Program-made: the position numbers and the translations under genes
Shown: piece after piece, positions 20,901-27,375 of the stretch
How positions within the stretch are numbered: the stretch's first letter is position 1
Layout: every line of letters begins with the position of its first letter
Virus record (IMG/VR): IMGVR_UViG_3300024346_009227
Span: 52,975-116,974 of that record
Source of the DNA: a virus
Direction: 5' to 3' (one strand)
DNA length: 64,000 nt
Notes under the pieces: model-generated
Told to the model about the DNA's origin: nothing
The model's input: only the letters and a program-made list of their open reading frames with translations
Databases searched by the model: none

Positions 20901-23729
20901 TGCAAGACTGTTACCTCTTTTTGGAGGTCTAGATGTATTAATGTCACCTGTGTCTGTCTCATTCATATTCCAATATCTTCTAAGTTCTTTCGCTCTTTCT
21001 TTTGCTTGATCTCTTCTGTCTTGTCTTTCTTGTAGTTTTTGTTGTGAGGCTTTTTTGGCAGCAACAAGCTTAAGAGATATAACAAAGTATCCCATCTGCC
21101 TAATCTTTTGACGCATTTCATCTTCTGTTGCAGCATCAACACTATCACGAACAATATTCCCTTTTGTATCTTTAGCAACAAACTTACCACTAGCAAACTT
21201 TTGTCTAACTACATCTCCACCATAAGCAAATTTTCTTTTTGCTTTAGCAGCTTTCTGTCTATCGGTATATGCAGAAGAAGCATTCATTGTTTTAGATAGT
21301 TCTTCTTTTTCTCTAAATTGACTAGCATTTCTAACTGCTTCAAAACTATCAAATCTATTTGGTCTGGTGAATGTTTCTGGATTTGTACCTTTCCATTGAC
21401 TTCTTGCTTCGTCTTTAGTTGGAGCATCGCCAAAGATAGACCTAAACATTTGGTCTTCTGACTGAGCATTATTTTTTGGCGGTGGTGGAGGTGAATTTGC
21501 AGTCTTTGGTCCACTTTGTGATCTTGCTTTTTTAAGATCACTCCGATCTTTTAAACGCTGAAAGGCAGCATTTACTTGTGCCATATTTTCGGGCAGACCG
21601 CCCCTATCTGAATGATGAATTAAAGCTGCTCTTCTAAATGCACTTGTTAGTTCTGGACCTTGCGGTATATAACCTTTAGTAAATCCAAGTATTTCTTCTG
21701 GATAAAGACCTTTAGGAAATGGTTTTGATCTTGCTTCATTTCCTTCCATGAATCTTTGACGATAGATTGGTCCACCAAACGCTTTTTTAGTAGGATCTTT
21801 TCCACCTATAGCTGTATTTATATCTTCAGCCTGACCTTCAGTTGCTCTTTTTCCTGTTCCATTATATGCTATCGCTACTTTAGATCTTATTAGCAGACCA
21901 GCTAATTTATTATCAGTAAACATTGGTCTACCATATTTATCTTGACCTTTACCTTTAAATAAATTAGTTAGTTTATCTGAATCTTGATAATTAGAAGCAG
22001 CGTATTTTTCAGTTATAGCCTTTGCCTGTTGACCTTTTTCTCTTTCTTTTTTTGTTCCTTTATTTAATTCATAAGCATCAACACCTTCTAGCCTTGTGCT
22101 TGTTCTAAATCTTGCTCTTGTTGGAACAACGCCTACATTTAAACTATCTCCATCAACTGTTTTGTTGTATTTTACACTGCTAACATCTCCACCCTTTAAA
22201 TACTTGCTTCTTCTGACTTGATTTCTAGGTACAACCATCTCACCTGGCTCAAGCAAAGCTGGCACTTTATCTCCAGTGCCACTTCCTGGCACTATACCCC
22301 CTGTTCTCATCCTAAGAAAACCGCCATCTGCTTTTTTATTTGTTCTTGCAGACGAACTATCTGCACCAGCACCCTTTACAAAACCTGTGGCAAAAGAGCC
22401 AATACTTTGACCAATTTTTACAGCAGCGAGAGCAGTAAATAATGGGAGTAAACCTTTAAGTGAATTGATTAATGACAAGACAGAAGTGGCAGCACCAATG
22501 AATGTATCAGCCAAACTTCTAAAGCCAGGGCTATTAACAATACTTCTACCAACCTCAAAAAAGCTTTCCTTCAACTTCTGTAGTTTTACAGCAAGAGCAT
22601 CCTGTGCCTGACCAGCATTAACAGCCAAAGACACACTACCAGCTTGAGCTACCCCTAATGCCTTCTGTGCAGTAGCAAATTCTTGAATAAGTGGGATAAC
22701 CTTACTGATCTGCCTATAACCACCTAATTGCTCAACAATGGCACTAAATCGGGGGTCTGTTGATCTTAATTCTGAAAGTCCAGAGGACAACCTTTTAATT
22801 GCTTCATATGGTCCAACAAACTGCTGTTCTAAGCCAACATCTCCTAAAGCCCTAGCTTCATCTGCGGTATATCTAAGATTTATACCAATTTCTTTTAGAG
22901 CATTAGCCGTATCATTTCTTTGTATTCGTGTAAATATAGTTCTTAAGCCAGTACCAATACTTTCGGCACTTTCTCTTGTCGTTTGTCGTACTGATGTAAA
23001 TAAGGCTATAAGCTCATTTAAATTACCACCAGCAGCTTTAAAAGCACCCCCTGTCTTTCTAATCGCCTCAATAATATCTGATGCTTCAACAGCAAACTCA
23101 CCCGCTACAGCATTAACAGAACCTAAAGCTGCACCAAGATCTCTTGCTTCAACTTTAAACTGCTTCATAATAGCAATAGCACCTTCAGTCGTATCTTTGA
23201 GGTTATCAAAGTTTGGTGCTAAAGCAGCTTGTGCCATTGCTTCTAAGGCATCTTTAGTTTCAGACAGAGTTAAGTTAGCTTGTTTTAAAACTACTGCTAC
23301 GCCAATTAAATCTTTACTGGAAACACCTAAATTTTTAGATAAGTTTGTTACTTGATCACCTACAGCAGCAACATCTTGTACTGTATCTGAAGAAACTTGT
23401 CTTAACCTAACCATTTCTCTATCAAAATCTACGGCAGCAGAAACAGCTTGTTTCATTGTGTTAGTAAAAGCAATGATTGAACCAGCAGTAACAGCGAATG
23501 CAGCAAATCTTTTAGCAGCAAAGCCAGCTTGCCTACCAAAATTTTCTATAGAATTAGTAACTTCAGAAAGCTGAGTTTTTAATGGAGTAAGAGAAGCAAA
23601 TGTTGCAGAATTTGTTCCTATTTTTAAACTGTTCACACTTCCTAATGTGCTATTTATTTGATTGGCTGCTGCTTTTAAAGCACCACTATTTACAGCAACA
23701 TTCAAATTGGCAGTCAAATTAAAAGCCAT
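8904..23729 (-). CDS. giant tail tape measure protein (TP901-type core) with multiple accessory domains
   Basis: 4941 aa; N-terminal TMP core (AVDFDREMVRLRQVS...LIALFTSVRQTTRESAESIGTGLRTIFTRIQ); Ala/Gly-rich helical stretches; position after tail tube and chaperones; repeated DTVPAMLTPGEFVV modules. Confidence 0.9.
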   Translation of the reverse strand: MAFNLTANLNVAVNSGALKAAANQINSTLGSVNSLKIGTNSATFASLTPLKTQLSEVTNSIENFGRQAGFAAKRFAAFAVTAGSIIAFTNTMKQAVSAAVDFDREMVRLRQVSSDTVQDVAAVGDQVTNLSKNLGVSSKDLIGVAVVLKQANLTLSETKDALEAMAQAALAPNFDNLKDTTEGAIAIMKQFKVEARDLGAALGSVNAVAGEFAVEASDIIEAIRKTGGAFKAAGGNLNELIALFTSVRQTTRESAESIGTGLRTIFTRIQRNDTANALKEIGINLRYTADEARALGDVGLEQQFVGPYEAIKRLSSGLSELRSTDPRFSAIVEQLGGYRQISKVIPLIQEFATAQKALGVAQAGSVSLAVNAGQAQDALAVKLQKLKESFFEVGRSIVNSPGFRSLADTFIGAATSVLSLINSLKGLLPLFTALAAVKIGQSIGSFATGFVKGAGADSSSARTNKKADGGFLRMRTGGIVPGSGTGDKVPALLEPGEMVVPRNQVRRSKYLKGGDVSSVKYNKTVDGDSLNVGVVPTRARFRTSTRLEGVDAYELNKGTKKEREKGQQAKAITEKYAASNYQDSDKLTNLFKGKGQDKYGRPMFTDNKLAGLLIRSKVAIAYNGTGKRATEGQAEDINTAIGGKDPTKKAFGGPIYRQRFMEGNEARSKPFPKGLYPEEILGFTKGYIPQGPELTSAFRRAALIHHSDRGGLPENMAQVNAAFQRLKDRSDLKKARSQSGPKTANSPPPPPKNNAQSEDQMFRSIFGDAPTKDEARSQWKGTNPETFTRPNRFDSFEAVRNASQFREKEELSKTMNASSAYTDRQKAAKAKRKFAYGGDVVRQKFASGKFVAKDTKGNIVRDSVDAATEDEMRQKIRQMGYFVISLKLVAAKKASQQKLQERQDRRDQAKERAKELRRYWNMNETDTGDINTSRPPKRGNSLAIEESERQERDAKGILAGPAGAIAGGITGAVGGALLGGIPGAFIGGTLGFGAGAVGGMMYEKSRKSEDEKNKGLARFSYQDEQGKKGSIPARDKEEALRKLSLMNDGITPINTNIRRIAPERSWGEYLEQKRNDIFGIKKASIEETNRESRSRERKFSKSIGKGDAPPIMVRKPSKKTKESKKYSEDIYKPLPALALDPTLGKSVAITKEMMEERKKARGFASGGLVPGTGNSDTVPMDLDEGSFVIKKSSVNSIGIDNLANAHKFASGGKVPALLTPGEYVYSPSEAKKIGANKLHQMNSFAKFKKGGEVGNSIVSDTFLNSPNNLKKILLTLVDQIMESDPEISKKDAKAEATRIVSEIKVQNQTSNQAIGNVARADQDISAEKSNIGVFNTELKGFGKTLSTLGKEATSLAEALQKNTDAADASYTAELELRAKGTAIVAARDAKAAAGQDLTKENTRVGSAQTKVNELKDKKKDMEEARQAKIDAADQRIAAAEQAKITKEAQPVDLTQENKRVVSTKQKVDDLKQKKKDMQEAKQAKIDAASQRLAEAEEAKRLKSQQPVNLKSETAKVGNITGRISVLEARKKSKLDAGESVRVVNAQIAEAKRQRDVLTKQMADKTAAGPNTKKEQEEIDKAKDELAKASKPLKTKNIDTKIMRAEDALTQATTARDNKVPNTKKEQEEIDKAKAEKLEAEKPLKSKAIDAKITKAESALTTATNARDTKARTAVDTSKEDAQILKLNQDYQKLLNDRNTNAQNRVAIENSITAVGTKQLNVQNEILKTEQSIKDAEANIQKAETAKAAAKASGEKATRSFQVNAKGEIVNEKGRPIGQTKPITTPDSIKQISKQREKEYAKQNDGKAPRKSEREDIRSGIVNEYRAATEKQLRAKAQKEVKPVSELQIQSMTDQYTKQFAQGKRGAVFNKQGELTGDKSLGSKLIKGGDYKESGDLTFQGKVKDFGQRLVGSKRTDFEAGAEGERQFKQDRASGYANRITTAAVGGSLLASGMRAGAPEVSSLAKANEQGVVVEDKAQQEAYRSTLQFAGAIEKAGTYAATTATAFSALGPVGTLVGGALGAFVGLIKGYADGTKEAEAQIREVKLGAALTGLQGTFDKLNTGLRTFDDTIAESIAANQKIITEANAGKAFVEAGGEKNGFDRLISGITGGGFGGFDVKKFNELNSKSQKEAGAAQIVPLTNILNKQAEQLGSSAVRQAGGNAGTLDYKDFAASLDTKLTSGGGGFNNAQIQKIANARNVSFDDVKKEIVKVMKDSFKAAQLEKTQKEAVTVNQRSINSMALLSEAVVAAANSVESFSNRLSTNESFFSGGIGSTKVTGISNQFDQKSTPDFNSFNSAVSKLSDSLGTYGNEFKTQGNAINAASQALPSLLAGAIEDPVGGQDIAIQIASGLREALSAQGISGAGAERVVSSVAGNVSGQEYTKLLAEAGGDVSKVAEKLLGNIKDPFLNAAKDISQRLENASNQYISGLENLAQRQKQIGESFKNLEGAKLQRDKFTAETVATNAGLPSQAGNLISVDRQMQGFRTNQERLTGTKGAEAQDSRVIGDNLKRTQERIRELEPKVQNASGAEGGGAAFRGAASELVKLKSEASNLQESLKNLADQSNNLAILEGKLGQVRQERDNETQRGREFLTADPKERQKILRDRVQGQGLLKQAQAQGGNVSNFSSEQNKALFAFLDSFGPVGKDIADNIVRNTTGLGKKKPEEDMLVGKLAKVYDEQVKANQELIGNQRSLQTDYFSQLTKQNTTFYSNLDKFIAGMEKSQVQDEKNREVQKSARIKDVQEKSGFLREAGVTDENLKDVTANKGKISSLIKAREEKKEADKKYSNVGESLRGDEFKKSIGSSFSNKQGPEAAKEIAAKSDTLNEILSKIGLSGKESKSVQSEAIATVSEGGNIQDAITKAVQNVTQQTNKDAREKVSKSEQELGGSNSLGVKIANKAEDQGINAEKFESSLTAVSELNQGIGVKLTAAADAATANINRLSASISGLAAQQQGIAPVNANVNPAQAIGFAIGGQAFSPRGTDTVPAMLTPGEFVVNRSAAQQNLPLLKSINSGKTSYLAEGGEVLDKRIKASEEVMNIWNQVGPTNEQKTAAIKSNIKGKYDSLVKSSLSNVPSAIVKPEDREKTSLSILSEVISSLSSGQLSQNPNVKKTIEENGGFEALQDFGNIFSNFKQIQIKEGSSQEAKTTLNKEYESIKKEISDKGGLSTENLEKDKAKKVKEKLIPLMLNYGPDAVDDHTKAKFDNDATSDTTWRRTIGAGLQQVTSAFGLIRPLQRKVARVFDLDNYLRGHRAYKDARITGTFIDHFSDLTTNSIKEDDYPKLSKNVRGGLFTTFHNGDAQKSNAFSGSQGDFYDTYFWNGPEKQKALAWKSGGEKWKGIKNYGDKHTDTDVNLLEEESKKKIPTRKELIENYLKEKKIIDWNKKYNIPEKIESLDQFQINPDYFKNIGAESNKGIDADIDAKIPQYIATIANLKAQKKDIVSEKKQENIVANIANEEGTTPIDTQIRMAENEVLAARGNKELESKKKAELEILKLRRTSYNQIGLTSNEKLRNAYGQNRPEIDKSYVDSKAYLTQIKEGTGEKFVATDMGKEDELFLKRQGDAGRLAQIGLRREVQASAILGKMVKLKGIFAKNQGEELNKKEFAEIGKDPNQLIPLGLKEYNNLYSGQKGSLAKEDFDNPKLILPFQKEIVGSFFKQQASTRSLAISGKGLLDFIDQYSNIKDTKGFVDAKVKQAGPDAIPLVVRAIEEGKINALSVLNAAAANVGGISRKSLEGAIGRNKDFNLLDKLSEKQEGKAQKIVRPFSGIDFAEGEDGAYATIKAATGKGQVSMSAKNTALRIAAPYKSLSSTLSAATDVITTAFSNPMAALAKFAAVAPSINGNELADQAYTNDGLKQLAGDRPTLGSPNSSFTFPADGPGLFTTEDFLNLVSNSPGYATISSKAVVVEEDVDGKKQRKIDYKRNLDVANIENAKTREAMKNRLKQMKGETKAIAPEENKNVVKGEPNEFQAAIIKEQKEQSALAARLPRATKEQQLFEGQYGELSVESRLNRGEITREEAAAQIERQRQARKMSSGGMVSYLSSGGVPSHSPNPDPSFFKPKGTDTVPAMLTPGEFVINASATAKHGDLLSAINSGKDVGYSATGGIVYLEDGGQARKKAFYEKMNRQKKYEEDSRYLVDDKNKDKYTYMQDRKDDLESTSNRATQTFSRRQNQFLQNEDNSNNAATDMVFNAMGMTGLAKAGISAISKFAMKPSLETALHGAKHVGKDYLQEKVQHKGVDLFKSNTEKLLGYASGGLVSYLYDGGYLKRRANLGSYSGSEEETSLTVDQEGYIDNIGKATTSDITNRIAAKNQAENNAFQMFSNTRFNDGTGSLFDNTQAGFSTGSGGVSAQQALSFQDPTKPGGEGVTSAAMGMLGDVQSRMRGGNNPFGNISATGAEVNALKTAKANESGIQSNSDEFKKQIKEYLEEQKKQQEEESGSTYASLGGLIYAENGLTTLSPANPFATDEYLRAKLKKEAEEKKQRELQDDWARQQRSTLARNAIERQRANRFRSQLQVNQNPQQQSQQQKQQAALAALQSGPRPSNFAGKLPQQQAQQRPQNLQVAQPAFQSSNYAESFFNQAPQQQMQQQPQEQMPSGYRQMAAFAKKRQEQPQQPQRQKLSFLGMDLGSYSTGGNVDTIPAMLTPGEFVVNKQASSKNYSLLHAINSGKEVTGFRTGGSVGNIRGKKVDPIESGINELTGKLSGVGNKFVQSGDSFKSGANANKEGSQNILASSSRFNAGVGSFADSANKMSKRKGYNSGGLVNYFADGGFTPRGTDTVPAMLTPGEFVVNRESTSKNLNLLKHINGNTSYMSNGGVMYARRGAFVPNQQENATPAIDMTSVTQLADAINKLGTTFLKPFGEQIDTFKAYAEALQTQVNKIPSIINIEVMGNLNASLNIDFNPEGVYTAVTQATEELKGWIVTQIGKQLKNEMNS

Positions 23730-23741
23730 TTTTATACCTCA

Positions 23742-23793
23742 ATAAAAAAGGGCAGAGCATAAGCGTAGTTACTTCTACGATTAAACCCTGCCC
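23742..23793 (-). terminator. intrinsic terminator-like hairpin immediately upstream of the TMP gene
   Basis: minus strand GGGCAGGG-TTTAATCGTAG-aagtaa-CTACGCTTATG-CTCTGCCC followed by a T-run. Confidence 0.65.
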
Positions 23794-23813
23794 ATCTATG
23801 CGATACTGTCCGT

Positions 23814-24698
23814 TTAGTTCTTGACTTCTTCAGCAGGAACTTTAGCTGCTTCAACAACAATTTCTGGTGCTGCCGTTGTTTTGACAGTCTCAACCTTTTC
23901 TTGGATTGGTTTACCTTCGTCATCAAGGAACGGAGAGAATTCAACAACATAATCTCCTTCCTCATTAACTCGATTACCATGAATATCAATGAGTTCACCA
24001 GCCTCATTAATATACCTACCATCCTTATTGACTAGCCTACCCTCAGAATCAACCCTTCGGCCTGTCTTATCAACTAAATGCAACTCTTCATCCACAAAGT
24101 TATATTTAGCTAAAAACTGGTTCTCAGGGAGCTTCTTTTCATAATCTGGATCAAGATTATAAAGCAACATAGCAAGACTTCCTGCTGCCTGTCCAGTTGC
24201 TGGATCGTCATCTCTATTTAAGTAATCTTCATAATTACTAAAATATGTTTTCCCTGTCTCTGAATACACCGTACATGAACTAACCCAGTAATTGAATTGG
24301 GCATTATCTGCTTGACCTTCAGCAGTATTATTATCTAGGGATGATCGCTCAGAGGTTAAAGCCCTAAGTTCCGCACGATCTTTCCTCATTTCAAGAGCTA
24401 AGTCCTTAGCCTGATTGAGTTTAATACCGCCAGACTTAATCTTTCTTTCTGCCCCATTAATTTTTTCCAATAATTTACGATATTCAGCTTCTTTGTTATC
24501 ATCCCAAAGATTCTGCTCTCGCATAACATTATTGACTTTGCCACGAAGAATTGCACCAGATTCAACAGCATCTCGAAATGCCTTATTGTAAATCTTTTGC
24601 CCTTCTTGCCTCTGTTTAACATTAGGTCGAACAACACAAAGTTCAACTTCTTTGCTATCCAAGGTTACCTTAAACTGCTTCTTATTTGTGACACTCAT
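23814..24698 (-). CDS. putative tail assembly chaperone
   Basis: 294-aa ORF directly upstream of TMP; helical; C-terminal short (V/I)(D/N)..G repeats. Confidence 0.55.
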   Translation of the reverse strand: MSVTNKKQFKVTLDSKEVELCVVRPNVKQRQEGQKIYNKAFRDAVESGAILRGKVNNVMREQNLWDDNKEAEYRKLLEKINGAERKIKSGGIKLNQAKDLALEMRKDRAELRALTSERSSLDNNTAEGQADNAQFNYWVSSCTVYSETGKTYFSNYEDYLNRDDDPATGQAAGSLAMLLYNLDPDYEKKLPENQFLAKYNFVDEELHLVDKTGRRVDSEGRLVNKDGRYINEAGELIDIHGNRVNEEGDYVVEFSPFLDDEGKPIQEKVETVKTTAAPEIVVEAAKVPAEEVKN

Positions 24699-24700
24699 AA

Positions 24701-25066
24701 CTAATCCTCCTTTTGCTTAAGAATATTCTGGTGTCTGTTCCAATAAACAATATACTGCATTATCTCATTTTCGCAAGATCTAATTTGATGATTACCATTG
24801 TTCAAAACATTTGTTCTACATAAATCCCATAGTTCCCTCCACTTTCTTTGTTTGTCAGTCAAATCCGCTTCACTTATCCCATATCCCCAAATCTCTCCGA
24901 AGTTTTGTTCAAAAGAAGAAAGAGCACCAATAAACGATGTTCTTAGCTTAGTAGTTATAATTTTTTGCAGTCTTGCTTTTGATTCAGTCTCGTACTTTTT
25001 CCTGTTTCTATCTTCATCTTTTTTAGAAAAATTAGAAGCATCTTCCATTTGCGAATAGATATCCAT
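24701..25066 (-). CDS. hypothetical protein (tail assembly region)
   Basis: ORF 24701..25084; GGAGG RBS precedes ATG at 25066 (MDIYSQ). Confidence 0.7.
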   Translation of the reverse strand: MDIYSQMEDASNFSKKDEDRNRKKYETESKARLQKIITTKLRTSFIGALSSFEQNFGEIWGYGISEADLTDKQRKWRELWDLCRTNVLNNGNHQIRSCENEIMQYIVYWNRHQNILKQKED

Positions 25067-25067
25067 T

Positions 25068-26114
25068 TTAACTACCTCCAGCATTCATTTGCATTTGAAT
25101 ATCCCTTACGGAATCGGGCATATTTTCTTCTGCAAGAGTGCCATGTTTTTTTAGAGCTTGTGATCTTTCTTTCTTAATCATCCTTGCGGACATATCATTT
25201 AAAGATTCTATCTTTTTAGCATCTTCCATGCTTTCTGCAATTAAAAATATTTCTTTACTATTTCTTATTTTGTCATTTCTTATTAATCCATCTACTCCAG
25301 TTTCTACTCCTTTTTTAGTCCTTTTCCTTCTTTGCAAAATCAACCAACCATCAAGCATATCATCATCTTCTAAAACTTCTTCTACTGGAGATTCTGGATG
25401 CTCATATATATTATCATAAAGTGATGACCAAATGATAATACTTTTTTGTTCTTCAGTTAAATCTACAGCAGGAACGCCAAACAAACTTGCTTCAGATTTT
25501 CTACATGACCATGTAGATCTCCAAGGATCTGTTCTGGCTATTTCTCTAAAATTAGAATCGGATATTTTATTTTCAATAAATACTGAAGTGGCATCTTCTA
25601 GAAGTGGTTCTGTTTGCTTCCAAAAATCATCGCCTTCCCAAACTCTAGTTCCATCTTCAAAAGACAATCCTTTTCCAACTAAATATCTCATTCTATCCAT
25701 AGAGGCAATACCCTCACAAGATAAATGATTATATGCACTCTTTTCTTTATACAGACTAGAGAATGTTTCCTTTGCTATTTTAAGCATTTTCCTAATTGTT
25801 TTTCTTTCTTCTGTTTTGAATGTAGCTTCAAATAGTCTTACTTTTAATTCTTCAATATCTTTTGGCATTTGAACGATTTGTTTTTCTTTTTCATCATCCC
25901 AAACATTATTGCTATACATAAAGAATTCTAATTCTTGTTGATTGTATAGACCTTCTAATTCTGCTTCTTCAAATGATTCTATAAATATTTCTTGAGCGAT
26001 GTGACGAGTGTGGCGATCTGGCTGTTTAAGCAAAAAAACTTTTCCGTTGATTTTACAACGAAAAAATCCAGTAATAATTCTGCTAATATATAATTCCTTC
26101 TTAAACTGATCCAT
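25068..26114 (-). CDS. hypothetical protein, possible tail assembly chaperone
   Basis: 348-aa ORF between tail tube and TMP. Confidence 0.55.
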   Translation of the reverse strand: MDQFKKELYISRIITGFFRCKINGKVFLLKQPDRHTRHIAQEIFIESFEEAELEGLYNQQELEFFMYSNNVWDDEKEKQIVQMPKDIEELKVRLFEATFKTEERKTIRKMLKIAKETFSSLYKEKSAYNHLSCEGIASMDRMRYLVGKGLSFEDGTRVWEGDDFWKQTEPLLEDATSVFIENKISDSNFREIARTDPWRSTWSCRKSEASLFGVPAVDLTEEQKSIIIWSSLYDNIYEHPESPVEEVLEDDDMLDGWLILQRRKRTKKGVETGVDGLIRNDKIRNSKEIFLIAESMEDAKKIESLNDMSARMIKKERSQALKKHGTLAEENMPDSVRDIQMQMNAGGS

Positions 26115-26125
26115 CCTATGTTCCT

Positions 26126-26158
26126 AAAAATAAGGGGCAACAGGTTTCCCTGCTGCCC
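26126..26158 (-). terminator. intrinsic terminator after major tail protein
   Basis: GGGCAGCAGG-GAAA-CCTGTTGCCC hairpin (GNRA loop) followed by CTTATTTTT. Confidence 0.8.
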
Positions 26159-26178
26159 ACATATTTATAAATCAACCA

Positions 26179-27312
26179 TTAAAACTGGTCAGTTGTTGCC
26201 CTTATAGTTTCACTAGGATCTACCAAGTGAGTTACAGTAAAGTCATTAAAGGTTCTGAATGAGTAAGTAACAGTTGCGTTATTACCATCAACACCACCAC
26301 CTTGGTAATTACAAGACTGCATCTTGCACTTAGAACCAAGATTAATAATAGTGCCTTCATTAAGAACTAATTTAATAGCCTGATTTGACAAGTTATTACC
26401 ATTGTAACTATTTAATGCAGAGCCAGTTTCGGTTACTTCAATATTATCACCACCCTTTGCCAATACTTCAAATTCGGCAGTAACTTCTACTGGGAATTTG
26501 GTATATCGGAAATAAGGTGCTTTTCGACCCAATTCTAAAATCTGCTCACGACCAAGAGTAGCAGAAGCAGAAGCAGATTGGAATGATACATTGTAACACT
26601 TAAGTGTTTCATTTATAGTATTATATCCAGATGGCGAACCTGCATGAGTAGGAGTAATACCAGGAATCATAGTTGGGAAAAGTGATTTGGACATATTAAG
26701 ATGCTGTCTTCGGGCAATACCAGAAGCAGATCGTTGAGCATCATAATTAGTGTTAGTTACTTCACTATATGGATCAGCATCCCATGAAGCATCCGAAGTT
26801 TGAGTGCCAGAATCATCTGGTCTGAAATCGGGAACCCATTTACCAGTTGCACCAGTATTCCAAACCTTATTGTTTGCAACCATAGTTACTGATTCAGTAG
26901 CATTTCCATCAATCCCAATTTTGTAAGAGACTTGACTTACAAAGCATCCAGAAACAACGCAAGTAGAACTTGGGGTTCCAGAAGCAGCTTCTTGAGTATC
27001 ATCAGTAATAGAAAGAGCAAGAATTGTCTTTTGATTAGATCGACCAACCAAAGTTGCACTAGTAGAACCTTGAGTTCCAAGATGGTACAATAATGGAAAG
27101 CCATCAAGTACTTTTTCAAGAGTAATTTCTACATCTGCAACACCTTCAATGTTTTCATAAATTGAAATCATACCAATTTCAAAAACTTGTTCAAGATTGA
27201 AAGTGGTATTAATACCAACAGACTGAAGACCACGAACTTCTTTGTAGTCAGTAGTATTATCTGCTGCAATACCAACTGCTTGACAAGCATAAAATATTCT
27301 TCGATTTGCCAT
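26179..27312 (-). CDS. major tail (tube) protein
   Basis: 377 aa; beta-rich, with two similar halves (GLQSVGINTTFNLEQVFEIG; FQSASASATLGREQILELG); own promoter motif, RBS and terminator; synteny before chaperones and TMP. Confidence 0.75.
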   Translation of the reverse strand: MANRRIFYACQAVGIAADNTTDYKEVRGLQSVGINTTFNLEQVFEIGMISIYENIEGVADVEITLEKVLDGFPLLYHLGTQGSTSATLVGRSNQKTILALSITDDTQEAASGTPSSTCVVSGCFVSQVSYKIGIDGNATESVTMVANNKVWNTGATGKWVPDFRPDDSGTQTSDASWDADPYSEVTNTNYDAQRSASGIARRQHLNMSKSLFPTMIPGITPTHAGSPSGYNTINETLKCYNVSFQSASASATLGREQILELGRKAPYFRYTKFPVEVTAEFEVLAKGGDNIEVTETGSALNSYNGNNLSNQAIKLVLNEGTIINLGSKCKMQSCNYQGGGVDGNNATVTYSFRTFNDFTVTHLVDPSETIRATTDQF

Positions 27313-27363
27313 TTTATAAATCTCCCATATGAATTTCTATCCGAAAATCAACCCTCATTTAAT

Positions 27364-27372
27364 TAATACACC
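27364..27372 (-). promoter_or_regulatory. putative late promoter motif GGTGTATTA
   Basis: motif recurs just upstream of several structural genes. Confidence 0.55.
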
Positions 27373-27375
27373 AAT

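Noticed and set aside
23732-24022. Overlapping ORF as a programmed frameshift extension of the tail chaperone
   Set aside because: It is in the +1/-2 frame rather than -1, I saw no clear slippery heptamer, and the extension runs through a terminator hairpin
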